A stretch of 63,908 nt of DNA, the filler included, from Blastocystis sp. subtype 4 (Eukaryota), in NCBI RefSeq assembly GCF_000743755.1. It is 3 parts of 3 records of this genome, joined end to end, with 100 filler letters (N's around TTAATTAATTAA, not from the genome) between each part and the next. Parts side by side here need not be neighbours in the genome. Positions count along the whole stretch, not along the records: positions 48,836 to 63,908 come from NW_014569294.1; 2 more parts are not named here. One strand, given 5' to 3'. The notes under the pieces are model-generated. The model saw only the letters and a list, made by a program, of their open reading frames with translations. It had not been told where the DNA came from and did no database searches. Shown piece after piece: positions 62,518 through 63,908 of the stretch (position 1 is the stretch's first letter; the number at the start of each line of letters is the position of its first letter). Both the position numbers and the translations under genes were made by a program.

Positions 62518-63908
62518 ATGGAATCGGATTCACAGCAAGAAGCTATCACCCTTGAGTCCCTAAAAGCGGAGTTGGTAAAGCGGACGATGGAACTCGTGAA
62601 CAAAGGGGATACATTTGATTTCTAGAAGAAGACAAAAGTTGAATTCAAGAATCTGCATGGAGTGGCGAAAAAGCTTAAGGAGAAACTGGTATGTGGGATA
62701 GTGATGGATACGACCCTAAGGACGCATCAGAAGCGGAGCTGACTAAATTAAAAGAAAGTACAAATATACCGACTTCAACACAAGGAGATGATCCTGCTAA
62801 TGCACATATGGATTCTGTAATTGATTTTGAGTATGCAGTTAGCTGTAGAGAGTAAAGGAGCTTGAAGATCAGCTGGTTCCTCTGATGTCGGTGATTCATG
62901 TGTAGAAAACGGTTCGAGAGAAGTGCGATCTGCTTGTATCCGAAAGAGATGTAAGGGTCATGGATGATGGGTGACTGTTGTAGCAATCAACTGAGTCTCA
63001 CAAGGAGGAAATGAAGAGAGTGGTAAGTCTGGTGTGTGTTAATTAGTGGTAGAATGACAAGGTACACGAATATGAAGTCTTGAATGTTTGAATCAATGCC
63101 GATGTTGATGTTTAGCAACAAATCCTTGACGATAAAGATGTGTTAGCAGCGAAGCTGACTTCCTGTGAAGAAGCTCTTGTAAGCCATGCAAATGAGATTG
63201 AATTGAAGGCTAGTAAGGAAAAGGAATTACAGTCTGTAACTGAATCGAGTGCTCATATGTAAGAGGTGTGATTTGCTTATGATAGTAGACGGGAACAAGC
63301 AGGAAAGATGAAAGCTGTCTTAGCTCATTTGGATCGAGTGAGTAAGGAGGAGAAGGAGAAGAATTCCAAGATGGTATTACTATTAGAAGCCCACAAGAAG
63401 GCAACAGTGAATGATGCTTATGATTGTGATAATTAGGAGGCAATGCAAGCTGAATTGACTACTGTGGAAACCCAGATACATGAACAGTGTCAATTAATAG
63501 AAGAATGCGTTCCTAGCGAAGTTCTTTCTGTCACAGGAGAAAATGCATTCCAGCAAGATGTGTGTATTGTCTGTCAGGGACTTTCGTATCTTCGAAATCG
63601 CATACAGCAAGTGAGTACATCGAAAAGTGGATTAGAATCTTCATTGAATGAACTGAGATCTGAGAATGATGAGTTATCTTCTCAGGTTACTACTCTTCAA
63701 TCTCAATTGAATGATTCTGAATCTTCATTGTCTAAACTGAGATCAACTAATGATGAACTGAAATCTTCAAAGAATGAATTGGAGTCATCACTAACTCAAT
63801 TGAAATCTGCTAATGATGAGTTATCTTCTCAGGTTACTACTCTTCAATCTCAATTGAATGATTCTGAATCTTCATTGTCTAAACTGAAATCTGCCAATGA
63901 TGAACTGG
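62518..63908 (+). CDS. Coiled-coil protein, 5' part (runs off the window)
   Basis: Spliced frame from MESDSQQEAITLESLKAEL; last exon open to the window end with heptad repeats. Confidence 0.65.
63630..63908 (+). repeat. 147-nt (49-aa, 7-heptad) coding tandem repeat
   Basis: GATGAGTTATCTTCTCAGGTTACTACTC... recurs identically at 63668 and 63815. Confidence 0.9.

Noticed and set aside
319..63908. Frequent in-frame stops suggesting pseudogenes or a variant genetic code
   Set aside because: Nearly all are removed by ~30-nt GT-AG introns under the standard code.

Overview
Gene-dense eukaryotic genomic DNA, almost certainly from Blastocystis sp. (anaerobic stramenopile). The assignment rests on ~27-35 nt GT-AG introns in nearly every gene, very short intergenic spacers, and a TGTTTGTT-type element just after most gene ends. 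About 35 protein-coding loci can be reconstructed by splicing by eye, plus one tRNA-Cys, two pseudogene-like fragments and two artificial 100-nt gap linkers. Housekeeping genes include RABGGTB, two mitochondrial carriers, an XPO6-like exportin, a PDI-like protein, DNMT2, a NOL8-like protein, FANCD2, IPO5, class I fumarase, VPS4, Twinkle, a Sec14-RhoGAP, a CDT1-like protein, ESF1, RanBP1, TPK1, a PRL phosphatase, SNRNP48, UFSP2 and a TopBP1-like protein. Most notable: (1) a secreted Cys-rich/mucin/Thr-rich collagen protein lying tail-to-tail with a GT61 glycosyltransferase (candidate oxygen-independent surface-coat module); (2) at least six genes whose stop codon appears to be created by polyadenylation, and overlapping near-palindromic two-way 3'-end signals; (3) a 41-nt AT-AG U12-type intron, with a PWI-containing SNRNP48 in the same window; (4) an ERG27/HSD17B7 homologue with the catalytic Tyr replaced by Phe; (5) a PZP-MORN fusion protein. 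All gene models and family assignments are manual readings from motif recall; no database searches were run.
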